43,667 nt of DNA from Candidatus Kaiserbacteria bacterium (GCA_019247335.1 JAFAPB010000075.1:1-43667); one strand, 5' to 3'; shown: positions 18,213 through 27,982, counted from the stretch's first letter. Made by a program: numbers and translations. Notes: generated from the letters alone by a model not told the origin.

Positions 18213-19562
18213 ATGATGACTAATCGGGAACTATGGCAAAATGCGCTCGTACAGATCGAACTCGGCACCTCTCAAGCCTCGTTCCGGACCTGGTTCAAGA
18301 ATACTGATGTCTCCAATCGCGACCAGGGCACCGTCCAGGTCGCCGTTCCGTCGAAGATCGTGAAGGAGTGGCTCCTCGAAAAGCATCACAAGCTGATCCT
18401 GAAAGCGCTCCGCTCGCTCGATCCTTCTATCCGAACGGTCGAATACGTCGTGCACCGCACGCAGCCGCGCGATGAGCGCCGTCCGCGCGTGCGCGAGAAT
18501 CAGGAGAACGCTTCGCTCGATCTCCAGGCGCTCTATATAGACAAGCGCGACAATCTGAATCCCCGATACACCTTCGAGACGTTCGTCGTCGGACCTTTCA
18601 ACGAGCTCGCGCATGCCGCCGCGAAGGCGATCATCGAGCGTCCCGGGCTTGTCTACAACCCGCTTTTCATCTACGGACAGACCGGGCACGGCAAGACGCA
18701 CTTGATCCAAGCGATCGGCAACTATTTCAAGAAATCACACGCCAATAAGAAGGTGCTCTACGTGACGAGCGAGCGCTTCGCGATCGATTACATCAATGCG
18801 GTGCGCGGAGGGCACGCGAACACGTTCAAGGATCAGTACCGACAGTACGACGTGCTCATCATGGACGACGTCCAGTTCATCGCGAACACGGAAAAGACCC
18901 AGGAAGAGCTCTTTCATCTCTTCAACGCCCTCCGAGACAACAACAAGCAGATCATTTTCTCGTCCGACAAGCACCCGATGCTCCTCCCCGGCTTTGAAGA
19001 CCGCCTCAAGGGGCGCTTCTCGGCCGGCATGATCGCGGAAATTCCCGAGCCGGATGTCGAATCGCGCCTCGCCATCATCCGCGCGAAGCTCGAGAGCCAT
19101 GGATTTTCGATCCCCGACGATATCACGCTCTACATCGCGGAGAATGTGCGCGGCAACATCCGTGAGCTCGAGGGAGTGTTGAACATGATCGTCTGCAAAT
19201 CGCAGTTGAAGGGAAAGACGATCTCGCTCGCCGACGTGCGTGCGCTCATCAAGCACAACGTAAAGCCCAACAAGGGTGTTTCGATCGACGAGGTCGTGCG
19301 CCGCATCGCGCAGTACTACGAGGTGCCGGAGAAGTCCATTTACGAAAAGACCCGCAAGAAGGAGGTCGTGAAGCCGCGGCAGATCATCATGTATGTCTTG
19401 CGTGAAGAATTCTCCGTCTCATATCCGTCGATCGGCGAAAAGCTCGGCGGACGCGATCATACGACGGTCATCCACTCGTGCGAGAAGATCAAAGAAGAGA
19501 TCAAGGGGAACAATTCGCTCGAGCAGGAACTCGATCATATTCGCGCACTCATACACGCATAA
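18213..19562 (+). CDS. dnaA: Chromosomal replication initiator DnaA
   Basis: 449 aa with Walker A GQTGHGKTHL, DDVQF and a C-terminal DNA-binding helix-turn-helix region. Confidence 0.95.
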   Translation: MMTNRELWQNALVQIELGTSQASFRTWFKNTDVSNRDQGTVQVAVPSKIVKEWLLEKHHKLILKALRSLDPSIRTVEYVVHRTQPRDERRPRVRENQENASLDLQALYIDKRDNLNPRYTFETFVVGPFNELAHAAAKAIIERPGLVYNPLFIYGQTGHGKTHLIQAIGNYFKKSHANKKVLYVTSERFAIDYINAVRGGHANTFKDQYRQYDVLIMDDVQFIANTEKTQEELFHLFNALRDNNKQIIFSSDKHPMLLPGFEDRLKGRFSAGMIAEIPEPDVESRLAIIRAKLESHGFSIPDDITLYIAENVRGNIRELEGVLNMIVCKSQLKGKTISLADVRALIKHNVKPNKGVSIDEVVRRIAQYYEVPEKSIYEKTRKKEVVKPRQIIMYVLREEFSVSYPSIGEKLGGRDHTTVIHSCEKIKEEIKGNNSLEQELDHIRALIHA

Positions 19563-19777
19563 GTATGTGTATAAGCAGTGCACAATCGGTAGAGATCGTG
19601 CGCGCGAAAACGGGGACAACTCCTCTTCATCATTTCTCCACAATTCAGACACCGGCTAACCGTCAGCTTTTCAACAGTGAGCGACATGGTAAAAAGTCAG
19701 TATATAAGCCGCAAAATCCATCTATACACGGTATCCACACCACTAGTAGTAGTAATAAGTTCTTTAATTAAAAATCT
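19563..19777. promoter_or_regulatory. Candidate oriC (dnaA-dnaN spacer)
   Basis: Three 8/9 DnaA boxes: TGTGTATAA (19566-19574, reverse orientation), TTCTCCACA (19634-19642) and GTATCCACA (19731-19739). An AT-rich tract at 19743-19777 could be the unwinding element. Confidence 0.6.
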
Positions 19778-20875
19778 ATGAAGATCGAGACAACAAAGGA
19801 AAATCTGCTTCGCCCTGTTTTGATCGCGGAGCGGGTCACCGGGAAAAAAGAATCCCTCCCGGTGCTTTCGTGTGTTGTTCTCGAAGCGGATGATGGGCTT
19901 CTTGTGCGAGCGACCAATCTTGAGGCAGGTATCGAAATAGGGATCGCCTGCGATGTCGCGCAAAAAGGTACCGTCGCGGTCCCCGCGTCGATACTCTCGC
20001 AAACACTTCGTTCGATCTCCGCCGACAAGATCAAGCTCACGTCCGAAGACGGGAATCTCCTCATCGAATCAAAGGGAACAAAGACGTTGATCAAATCGGT
20101 CCCACACGAAGAGTTTCCGCGACTCACCGCATCAAGTGACGGTAACGGTATTAAAATCGCGCGTGAGCGAATTTTACGCGCCATACAGGCAGTCTCATAC
20201 GCGGCGTCACCCTCGATGATCCGCCCCGATCTCGGCAGCATCTTTCTTTCCGCAAAAAACGACACGCTCATTTCCGTCGCGACCGATTCATTTCGCCTCG
20301 CCGAAAAAACATTGACCGGTACGGGATCGAAGATTCAGGGCGAGCTTCTGGTGCCCCTCAAGCACGCGCTCGAACTCGCTCACATCCTTGAGCATGTCGA
20401 TGACGAAATGGTGGATCTGCGCATCGACGACTCGCAGCTGATAGCCCGAGTCGGCGCCGCACGCTTTATCTCACGCGTCGTCGATGCTCAATTTCCGAAT
20501 TACAAGGAAATCATTCCGAAATCAGCGACGACCGAGGCGATCGTCCTCAAGAGCGATCTCGCCGAAATGCTTAGGAAGGCACGCGTTTTTTCCGGGAACG
20601 ACATGCATGTCGGACTCCATGTGTATCCGAAGAAGAAGGTATGCACCGCAACCGCGCGCTCGAATGACGTGGGCGAAATGTCCGACTCGATCGATGCGGC
20701 TCTCTCGGGCGAGGATATCGACATTAATTTCCACATCGGCTATCTCGCCGACTGCCTGTCGTCCATCGAATCTGATTCGGTCGTCCTGTCTTTCTCCGGC
20801 GCAGGAAAACCACTTGTCATCCGCGGCGTTGCGGACAAATCATTCATGTACCTCGTGATGCCACTCAATCGCTAG
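19778..20875 (+). CDS. dnaN: DNA polymerase III beta sliding clamp
   Basis: 365 aa, follows dnaA, typical three-domain length. Confidence 0.95.
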   Translation: MKIETTKENLLRPVLIAERVTGKKESLPVLSCVVLEADDGLLVRATNLEAGIEIGIACDVAQKGTVAVPASILSQTLRSISADKIKLTSEDGNLLIESKGTKTLIKSVPHEEFPRLTASSDGNGIKIARERILRAIQAVSYAASPSMIRPDLGSIFLSAKNDTLISVATDSFRLAEKTLTGTGSKIQGELLVPLKHALELAHILEHVDDEMVDLRIDDSQLIARVGAARFISRVVDAQFPNYKEIIPKSATTEAIVLKSDLAEMLRKARVFSGNDMHVGLHVYPKKKVCTATARSNDVGEMSDSIDAALSGEDIDINFHIGYLADCLSSIESDSVVLSFSGAGKPLVIRGVADKSFMYLVMPLNR

Positions 20876-20913
20876 CGGGTGAGAGGTAAAAGCGCCTTCA
20901 AGGCGCACTTTGG

Positions 20914-23364
20914 TTATTGGATCGTGATCGTTTCCTGGGCGCTTTCCGTGCCGGTGATCGTCTGCGCGGTCGCGCTGATGCTCGCAGGACCACGAATGAC
21001 CGGCGTGAAGGTGACGCCATACGGCGGCTGATTCGTTGAGCCGACGACCGTGCCGTTCACCGAGTAGGTAACCTGCGTCACGTTCTGTGGGTACGGATAG
21101 TACGAGGTGAGGAAGACCGCGACCCCGACGGGGCTCGCACTGCCCGCTTGCGGCGAGAGGATGCGGAATCCGGCGCCGCTTGAGGTCGGCGTCGTCGAGG
21201 TCCCGCTTCCGCCGGTCGGCTGCTCGCCGTTGAAGCCCTGGCCGGCCGCCCAGAGTTGCACCGGGTAATCCCAGTACGGGAACTGCACATCACCGCGAGA
21301 GTTGCCGCCGCCGCGCGGATTCGATTTGTTCACCCAATAGAGGATGTCGTGGATGCCCTGGCTCGGGCTCGTGTTCCACTGGCCTTTCAAAACCGGCGGG
21401 AGGGAGTCGTAATCCGGATCCGGCGCGGGCGGCACGAAATCATTAGCGGACGGATATTTTTGGATCGCCTGCGCCATGAAATCGTGCCACATCGGCGCAA
21501 TGATGAAGGCCGCGATCTTCTTCTGCATCGGCGTGTTGTTGTTATTTCCCGCCCACGCGCCGACGGAGATACCCGGCGTGTAACCGATCACCCACACATC
21601 GCGGAAGTCGTTGGTAGTACCCGTTTTATCGGCGACGTCATAACCGGGGAAATAGAGCGGCGAATTCGCACCGAATTCAGGAATACGCGCGTTGTTATCC
21701 GAGAGGACGTCATTCATGAGCCGCGCGATCTGCGGCTCAAGGACGCGCGTCGGCTGCGGCTCGTAGCTCTCAAGGACGCGGCCGTTCCTGTCTTCAACGC
21801 GCAAGATGCCGGTCGGCGGATTCTTGACGCCGTCGTTCGCGAAGACCGCATAGGCGCCTGTCATCTCAAGCAGATTCACTTCGCCGCCGCCGAGTACCAA
21901 GGTGAGGCCGTAGCGCGAGGCGTCGCCCAAGGTCGTGATACCCATGTCCTGCGCGGTCGAGATCGAATCTTGAATGCCGGCGAGGTAGAGCGTCTTGACG
22001 GCCGGAATGTTCTCAGAGATCGCGAGCGCATCGCGCAGCTTAATGGGGCCTTTGAACGAGCCGTCGAAGTTGCCCGGCGAGTAGCACGGCGGCGTGTCGT
22101 TCAGGTAATCCGAAGGCGCGCAGCGCGTCGAGAACTGCGTCGGCAGGTCGAAGACCACGGTATCCGGCGTGTAGCCCTTTTCAAATGCGGTCGCGTAGAC
22201 GAATGGCTTGAACGACGAGCCCGGCTGGCGATTCGCGAGCGCGACGTTCACCTTGCCGTCGATCGTATCGTCGAAGTAGCCGCGCGAGCCGACCATGGCG
22301 AGGATCTGTCCCGAAGACGGCTCGACCGCGACGAGGCCTTCGTTAGATGCATTGAACTGCCGTAGCATACCCGGCGAGAACTTTGCGACGGTCGCCTCGG
22401 CTTTCTCTTGCAGATCGTAGTCGAGCGTCGTGATCACCTTGAGACCGTCCTGGTTGACCGCATCGACGCCGTACTTATTTTCGAGGTATTCGCGAATGTA
22501 AAAGACGAAATGCGGCGCCTTGATGCCGGCCTCGGCCTCGTCCTTGAATTGCACCTGCTCGTCTTTCGCCTCCTGGTATTCATCGTCCGTGATCGCGCCG
22601 CTCTGTTTCATCTTGAGGAGGACGAGATTCTTGCGCTCATCGAGCGCGTCACGATGCGAGCCGTACGGCGAGTAGTACGTCGGCGCTTGTGGAAGCGCGG
22701 CGAGATATGCTGCCTGCGCGAGGTCGACGTCTTTCGCATCGACACCGAAGAAATATTGCGAGGCTTCCTGCACGCCGTAGATCGTGCCGCCGTAGGGGAT
22801 CTCATTCAAATATGTGTTCAATATCTGATCCTTCGAATAGACGCGTTCAAGGCGCATCGCGAGAATGATCTCCTGGATCTTGCGAGTGATCGTCTTGTCG
22901 CCGGTCAAGAGCGCGTTCTTTACGACCTGCTGCGTGATGGTCGAGCCGCCCTGCTGGTACGAGCCCGACGTAAGGTCCGCAAGGAGCGCGCGCAAGAAAG
23001 CGGTCGGTCGGAACCCGTGGTGCGAATAGAACTGCGCGTCTTCGATCGCGATCGTCGCTTTCTGGACGTAGGGGCTGATCTGGTCGAGCGGGACGGAGGT
23101 GCGACGTACGGTGCCGTGCACGTCGTAGAGGACGATATTACCGGTTCGGTCATAGATCTTGGTCGATTGCGCGACCGCGCGGCTTTCGAAATTATTGATC
23201 GCCGGGATCGGCATGACCGCCGCCCAGACGATCGCCGCGCCCACGGCGAAAAGGATGAAGGCAAGCACGCCCATCACCGCGAGCTTGAGCCATTCGGGCG
23301 CGCGAGAAACGAGCCGTTTGAGGCTGCGATACCAATGGTGCAACGGATTACTGCGCGTAGCCAA
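20914..23364 (-). CDS. Bifunctional class A penicillin-binding protein (PBP1A type) with C-terminal Ig-like extension
   Basis: 816 aa. Glycosyltransferase motifs EDAQFYSHHG, GGSTITQQ and RKIQE; transpeptidase motifs SSFKP (SxxK), SEN and KTGT. Confidence 0.9.
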   Translation of the reverse strand: MATRSNPLHHWYRSLKRLVSRAPEWLKLAVMGVLAFILFAVGAAIVWAAVMPIPAINNFESRAVAQSTKIYDRTGNIVLYDVHGTVRRTSVPLDQISPYVQKATIAIEDAQFYSHHGFRPTAFLRALLADLTSGSYQQGGSTITQQVVKNALLTGDKTITRKIQEIILAMRLERVYSKDQILNTYLNEIPYGGTIYGVQEASQYFFGVDAKDVDLAQAAYLAALPQAPTYYSPYGSHRDALDERKNLVLLKMKQSGAITDDEYQEAKDEQVQFKDEAEAGIKAPHFVFYIREYLENKYGVDAVNQDGLKVITTLDYDLQEKAEATVAKFSPGMLRQFNASNEGLVAVEPSSGQILAMVGSRGYFDDTIDGKVNVALANRQPGSSFKPFVYATAFEKGYTPDTVVFDLPTQFSTRCAPSDYLNDTPPCYSPGNFDGSFKGPIKLRDALAISENIPAVKTLYLAGIQDSISTAQDMGITTLGDASRYGLTLVLGGGEVNLLEMTGAYAVFANDGVKNPPTGILRVEDRNGRVLESYEPQPTRVLEPQIARLMNDVLSDNNARIPEFGANSPLYFPGYDVADKTGTTNDFRDVWVIGYTPGISVGAWAGNNNNTPMQKKIAAFIIAPMWHDFMAQAIQKYPSANDFVPPAPDPDYDSLPPVLKGQWNTSPSQGIHDILYWVNKSNPRGGGNSRGDVQFPYWDYPVQLWAAGQGFNGEQPTGGSGTSTTPTSSGAGFRILSPQAGSASPVGVAVFLTSYYPYPQNVTQVTYSVNGTVVGSTNQPPYGVTFTPVIRGPASISATAQTITGTESAQETITIQ

Positions 23365-23390
23365 AGTACGGCTTATTGTAGCGCAAAAGG

Positions 23391-23888
23391 CTACGCCGCG
23401 CGAAGCGGTGCGATGAATTCGCGCGCGCTCGCAAGATGCGTGATGCCGACGGCGATCGCATCGTACTCATCGTCGAGGCACTTCTCTTTCTCCATCGAAA
23501 CAAGCACGCGCACCATCGCGGCGATCTGTTTTTTATCGGCCTTGCCGTACCCCGCCGTCGCACTCTTCACTTCAGCGGGGGAATATTCGGAAAAGGGCAG
23601 CCCCGCGCTGCCGGCGAGCGCGATAATGGCGCCGCGCACTTCCGCGACCTTGAGCGCGGTCGTGCGATTCGCTTTGAAGTAGAGCTTCTCCATCGCGAGG
23701 CAGTCCGGCCGATGCGTGCGCAGCGCCGCTTCGCAGACCGCGAGGATTATTGCGAGCCGCTCCGGGAACGACGCGGAGGCGGGCGTTTCGATGCAGTCTG
23801 AATAGATGACGAGGTCGCGTTTCGGATTTTTTTCGAGGACGGCAATGCCGCACCGTCCGAAGCCGGGATCGATCGCGAGCACGCGCAT
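23391..23888 (-). CDS. ruvC: Holliday junction resolvase RuvC
   Basis: 165 aa from the internal ATG: MRVLAIDPGFGRCG..., with DEYDAIAVGITH near the C-terminus. The upstream part of the 229-aa track ORF is Arg-rich non-coding-looking sequence. Confidence 0.85.
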   Translation of the reverse strand: MRVLAIDPGFGRCGIAVLEKNPKRDLVIYSDCIETPASASFPERLAIILAVCEAALRTHRPDCLAMEKLYFKANRTTALKVAEVRGAIIALAGSAGLPFSEYSPAEVKSATAGYGKADKKQIAAMVRVLVSMEKEKCLDDEYDAIAVGITHLASAREFIAPLRAA

Positions 23889-23889
23889 A

Positions 23890-24033
23890 CTACTTGGCTT
23901 CCGCCTTGCCGAGGTCTTCGAAGCACGACATGCACAAATGCTTCTCCGCATTCGACCCCTCCGGCGTAAATACGATCGCGCCGCCGGACTCAAGCTCTTT
24001 CGAGCAGTTATCGCAGACGTTCTTCCCGTCCAT
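23890..24033 (-). CDS. 47-aa zinc-ribbon-like microprotein upstream of ruvC
   Basis: MDGKNVCDNCSKEL...HLCMSCFEDLGKAEAK carries two CxxC pairs. Its stop codon is 1 nt from the ruvC ATG. Confidence 0.5.
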   Translation of the reverse strand: MDGKNVCDNCSKELESGGAIVFTPEGSNAEKHLCMSCFEDLGKAEAK

Positions 24034-24103
24034 GCCAAAAGTATACACCCCAAAAGGAATGCCCGGCGGCGGCCGGGCATAGGTGGTTCGGATGCGGGCG
24101 TGT

Positions 24104-24406
24104 TCAGTACACGCAGAAGTCGCGGATGATGGCTGCCTGGGCCTCATCGGTCCAGCCCGCGAAGTCGCCCTCCGGGAGGCGGATATACGGCGTTCCCGGG
24201 ATGTTGTAGCGCGATGCGAAGCGGATGCTGCCGACGTCGACCGTCGCGTAGCTGATGCCTTGCTGCTTGAGGTACGCCTCGAGCGCGCGGCAGATGCTGC
24301 AGTCGTCGGCGCGCCAGATCGTCATCGGACTCCAGCATCGCGTCGCGGCCGCTGCATTGCCTGAAAGCGCGAGGGTAAGAGCGGTAGCGATAGTCATGGT
24401 ACGCAT
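24104..24406 (-). CDS. Exported glutaredoxin/thioredoxin-fold protein
   Basis: 100 aa with a signal-like N-terminus, active-site-like CSIC, and a Grx-like layout (..YATVDV.., ..IPGTPYI..). Confidence 0.55.
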   Translation of the reverse strand: MRTMTIATALTLALSGNAAAATRCWSPMTIWRADDCSICRALEAYLKQQGISYATVDVGSIRFASRYNIPGTPYIRLPEGDFAGWTDEAQAAIIRDFCVY

Positions 24407-24485
24407 TGGCGTACTCCTTCATTCATGAGGCTAATCGCACGATAAATCGCTACGCCGCGTTTGTATAGTCTTAGACGCGTTGGCG

Positions 24486-26918
24486 CTAATTCCCGTCGCT
24501 GCTGATGTGGAAACTGACACTTTGCGCGATATACGCGCCGGTCGCGCCGTCTTGCGCGCGCAAGTAGTAATTGCCGCTGGGGAGCGATGCTATGGGGCTG
24601 ATCGTAAGCGTTCCGGAGCCGCTGATCGCTGGGCTCGTGTAGCCAGAGAACTGCGCGCCGGTCGTGTTATTGATGAACACTACGCGCGTGTTTGCCGGCA
24701 TAAGGGTGTACGGCGCTGTCACCGTTTCGCCGCCGGGCGCGGCCGGTGAGACGCTGAGATCCGTGAAGTGCCCTCCGATGACCGTCACCGTAATTGATGC
24801 TGAAGTCGTGTGCCCTACGGCATCGGTCACAACATAGGTGACATGGTAGGTGTGCCCGCCGTCTGAAGATGTCGTATTCCCCGACCACGATCCGCTCAAT
24901 TGGTTTGCTATCCACGGATGTTGTGTCGCGTCCTCGTCGACTGTGGAGTACGAGGTTGCGCTGACAGCGTTGGTGGAAGACCATGCCACGCTTATAGGGT
25001 CGCCCACGTTCATCGTGAGATTTGTTTGGCCGTTGACGGTGAAAGTCGCGGTCGGCGCCGTATAGGTGAGGTGTATCTGCTGCTTGATGAGGTCACGATC
25101 GAGGCCGTCAGATCCGCCCCTATTGAGCGAGAAGTACAGATAAGGGTCTTGCCCTGATGTCGAGAAATTCGCGTCGGTGCTTGTTGGGTCGAGCAGGGTA
25201 GTGTAGTTCAGCGCGTCCGGAGTCGTCGTGAACGGCTTTGTCAGGAAGACGACCGGCGTACTCCAGTGTATGAGATCCTGCGAGAAGCTCAAGGCGGTAT
25301 TGCTCGCGGAGTCGAGGATTGCGACGTATGCGCCGAGATAAGTATTGTAGGTAACGCTCGTGAAGGGATCCGACGCGTAGACGGACACGTTCGGGTCGAA
25401 GAGGTATCCGCAGTCAGTTACCGAAAGCGTGCCCGACCAGCCGCTGCCGGTCCAGACCTGCCAAGAGGAACCTGCATCGAGATTCTGCGTACGCATGATG
25501 CATTCGCCACGGTTGCCGGAATTCGGCGGCGGGCTGATGTGGTAGTAAAAGGCGTAATAATATCCGTCACCTCCATGGATTATTTTGCCCGGGGAATCGC
25601 CGTAGACTGTTTGGAAGCCTTGCGCGCACGGACTCGACGAACTCCAGTTCGCCGGCACCCGCACTTTGTAGTCCGAGGGGAACGTGAAGTGAGCGCCACC
25701 GTCGGTCGATTTGGCGATATTCGTCGAGATGACGAATGCGTCCGCACCGCAGTGGTTATCGCCGACCGTCGTCGGGTACCACTCGTTGTGCGTGAGCGCG
25801 TACACATTTGTGCCATCAGTCGTATACGTGCTTACGACCCAGTTGTAATACTGCTGGTCCGCGAAATTCGTGTCCTTCGCGGATACCAATACTGAATTGC
25901 AGTCGTGTGCGATGAAACCGTTCAGCGTTGAGGAGTTGGTTCCGCGATAATTCGCGACGCCGTCGCCCGCGATAAGTGCGACGGTGCTGTTCGCAGTGCG
26001 GAACGCTGTCGCAGGCGAATCCGGAATATCGAACCCATTGATGCTTCCGTTCAAGAGACACTTATCGGTCGAATTGTTGTATACGGTATCCGCGTAGCCC
26101 GTACTTTGCACCTGCACGTTACCTGATGTGGCGCCCGTCGTGATATTCATGGGCATTGCTTGCGGCGTACGATTAATTTGCTTGTCCGGTCCGCCGCTCC
26201 CCGGATACGGATAGACGACGTACGCGTAAATCTTGTGGCTGTGGCCATTCTGCAAACTGCCCGGGAGCGTGTAGGTGAATCCGTGATTGTCGTTGCCACT
26301 CCCGATATTGAGCGCCGCGCCGAGTCCGGGCCGGTTCACATTCGCGGTCGCCGTGCCGAGATACGTGCCCGAGCCTTGCGGACCGTCCGCATAGAAGTTT
26401 ACCTGCATCGTTTGCGAGCCGTCCGCGAGATTCGCTGCCCAGCCCGACATGACGTTTTGGCTGATCCAGTCAGCCGAGCCAAGCAGATTGGGCGTTGCGA
26501 TCGCAGAAGCTGTCGTCGGCGAAGCGATCTGGTCCACTCCGCCGGCGCTTGGGTCTATGGTGTACGTATATATCGAATGCGCCTGCCCATCGTGCAGCCA
26601 AGAAGGCAGTGTGAATTGATAGCCGTGGTTGTCATTCCCATTACCGATACCGGGTAGAGCCGCGCCGAGGCCCGGCCTGTTCACATTCGCAGTCACGGCA
26701 CCGAGAAAGGTCCCTGTCCCGTAGGGGCCATTGGCATACACGTGCACCTGCAGCGTCTGCGACGGGCTCGTATAGTCCACGGCCCATCCATAGACCACAT
26801 TATTGATGACGCCGTCCGTCCGGCCTTGTACGGAATCAGCCGATGCGACGAGCGGGAATAAAAGCGCCGCGAAGGCGATGAGCGCGGCCGATAAAGAGAC
26901 CCGTGAAAGATAGTTCAT
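24486..26918 (-). CDS. Large secreted protein: N-terminal tandem repeat, BNR/Asp-box-containing central domain, C-terminal Ig-like domains
   Basis: 810 aa with a signal peptide. Two ~110-aa repeats (..GWAVDY..VHVYANGPYGTGTFLGAVTANVNRPGLGAAL..GNDNHGY / ..GWAANL..VNFYADGPQGSGTYLGTATANVNRPGLGAAL..GNDNHGF) and a STDGGAHF Asp-box. Confidence 0.8.
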   Translation of the reverse strand: MNYLSRVSLSAALIAFAALLFPLVASADSVQGRTDGVINNVVYGWAVDYTSPSQTLQVHVYANGPYGTGTFLGAVTANVNRPGLGAALPGIGNGNDNHGYQFTLPSWLHDGQAHSIYTYTIDPSAGGVDQIASPTTASAIATPNLLGSADWISQNVMSGWAANLADGSQTMQVNFYADGPQGSGTYLGTATANVNRPGLGAALNIGSGNDNHGFTYTLPGSLQNGHSHKIYAYVVYPYPGSGGPDKQINRTPQAMPMNITTGATSGNVQVQSTGYADTVYNNSTDKCLLNGSINGFDIPDSPATAFRTANSTVALIAGDGVANYRGTNSSTLNGFIAHDCNSVLVSAKDTNFADQQYYNWVVSTYTTDGTNVYALTHNEWYPTTVGDNHCGADAFVISTNIAKSTDGGAHFTFPSDYKVRVPANWSSSSPCAQGFQTVYGDSPGKIIHGGDGYYYAFYYHISPPPNSGNRGECIMRTQNLDAGSSWQVWTGSGWSGTLSVTDCGYLFDPNVSVYASDPFTSVTYNTYLGAYVAILDSASNTALSFSQDLIHWSTPVVFLTKPFTTTPDALNYTTLLDPTSTDANFSTSGQDPYLYFSLNRGGSDGLDRDLIKQQIHLTYTAPTATFTVNGQTNLTMNVGDPISVAWSSTNAVSATSYSTVDEDATQHPWIANQLSGSWSGNTTSSDGGHTYHVTYVVTDAVGHTTSASITVTVIGGHFTDLSVSPAAPGGETVTAPYTLMPANTRVVFINNTTGAQFSGYTSPAISGSGTLTISPIASLPSGNYYLRAQDGATGAYIAQSVSFHISSDGN

Positions 26919-26957
26919 ATGTCCTTATCATAAACCATCCGGCGCGAACAAAAGCGG

Positions 26958-27485
26958 TCAGGCTGCGTTTGTATAGACCTCCTCGACATCGTCGTGCCCG
27001 TCGATCTCTTCGAGAATTTCCATGAGCTTGGCATCGTCTTCCTCGGAGAGCGGTACCGTGGTCGAGGGCTCGTAGCCCTCGGCCGTTTTGGCGAATGCCC
27101 ACGCGGCAGAGCCGGGGGAGGCGAGTTCGAGTCCGTTCTCCGAGAGGAGATGTTTGATCTCCTGTGCAGTGCGATTTCTATTGTCGGTAAGCGCGTCGAT
27201 GAGGATCGCGGCGCCGCCAGGACCATACGTCTCATAGGTCACGCTCTCAAGCGCGGTGTCATTGGAGACGCCCTTCGCGACCGCGCGCTCGATCGTGTCT
27301 TTCGGCATGTTCGACTTTTTGGCGCGTTCGATCGCGGCACGCAGTCCCGGCGCGTTCACATCGCCCCCCGCTTTCTTGCTCTCGACTGAAATGCGTTTGC
27401 CGAGCTTGCCCCACAAATTGCTCTTTGCGGCATCTGCGGCACCCTTCTGCCGCTTGATCTGCGCCCATTTATTGTGTCCGGCCAT
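26958..27485 (-). CDS. yebC: YebC/PmpR-family transcriptional/translational regulator (short form)
   Basis: 175 aa from the internal ATG: MAGHNKWAQIKRQKG..., with TDNRNRT. TATACT lies 9 nt upstream of the ATG. Confidence 0.85.
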   Translation of the reverse strand: MAGHNKWAQIKRQKGAADAAKSNLWGKLGKRISVESKKAGGDVNAPGLRAAIERAKKSNMPKDTIERAVAKGVSNDTALESVTYETYGPGGAAILIDALTDNRNRTAQEIKHLLSENGLELASPGSAAWAFAKTAEGYEPSTTVPLSEEDDAKLMEILEEIDGHDDVEEVYTNAA

Positions 27486-27561
27486 AGCGCGTGCAGTATA
27501 AACCAAACGGTTATTCGAATGAACTCCTATCACGAGCGCCGGCGTATGCGAAAATAGTGTC

Positions 27562-27981
27562 ATGAAGATCCGCTACGTTGCCGCCGGGTTTGCCGTTCTT
27601 TTTTTCCTGGTGTGGATCACGACGCACGTGCCCGCGTTCAACGACGCGCGCGGGTACAACTTCGGCCTCTTCAAGATCGATCCCATCGACGACGTGGTGC
27701 ACCTCTTGACCGCGCTCATCGGATTTCTCGCCGCATGGCACGGCGCACGCTCTTCGCGCATCTTTCTCGTCGTCTTCGGCGCACTCTACGCGCTCGACGC
27801 CCTGACTGGCATGGTCTCGCAGCTCGGACTGCTCGATCTCTCGCTCATCCACAATACGCTCCTCGGTGAAACCATCCTCAATCCAAATTTCGGCATCGTG
27901 AATTGGCTCGTGAATATGCCGCATATCGTGATCTCCGCCGCGATGATCTACTCCGGCGTTTGGGGTTGGCGCCGCGGGTGA
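27562..27981 (+). CDS. Small polytopic membrane protein (DUF4383-like by recollection)
   Basis: 139 aa with four hydrophobic helices. Confidence 0.55.
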   Translation: MKIRYVAAGFAVLFFLVWITTHVPAFNDARGYNFGLFKIDPIDDVVHLLTALIGFLAAWHGARSSRIFLVVFGALYALDALTGMVSQLGLLDLSLIHNTLLGETILNPNFGIVNWLVNMPHIVISAAMIYSGVWGWRRG

Positions 27982-27982
27982 C

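Noticed and set aside
21256-23682. Plus-strand ORFs 21256-22365 and 22408-23682 (369 and 424 aa)
   Set aside because: They lie opposite PBP1A and ruvC, which carry complete catalytic motif sets, and they are Arg/Val/Asp-rich shadows.
23889-24080. N-terminal extensions of track ORFs: ruvC here, and likewise ruvB to 35899, yebC to 27563, rpmH to 18120, hydrolase from 28971, membrane protein to 38197, pilin from 15200, zinc-ribbon to 24147
   Set aside because: In each case the conserved family N-terminus begins at an internal ATG. The upstream part is Arg/Pro-rich or overlaps a neighbouring gene.
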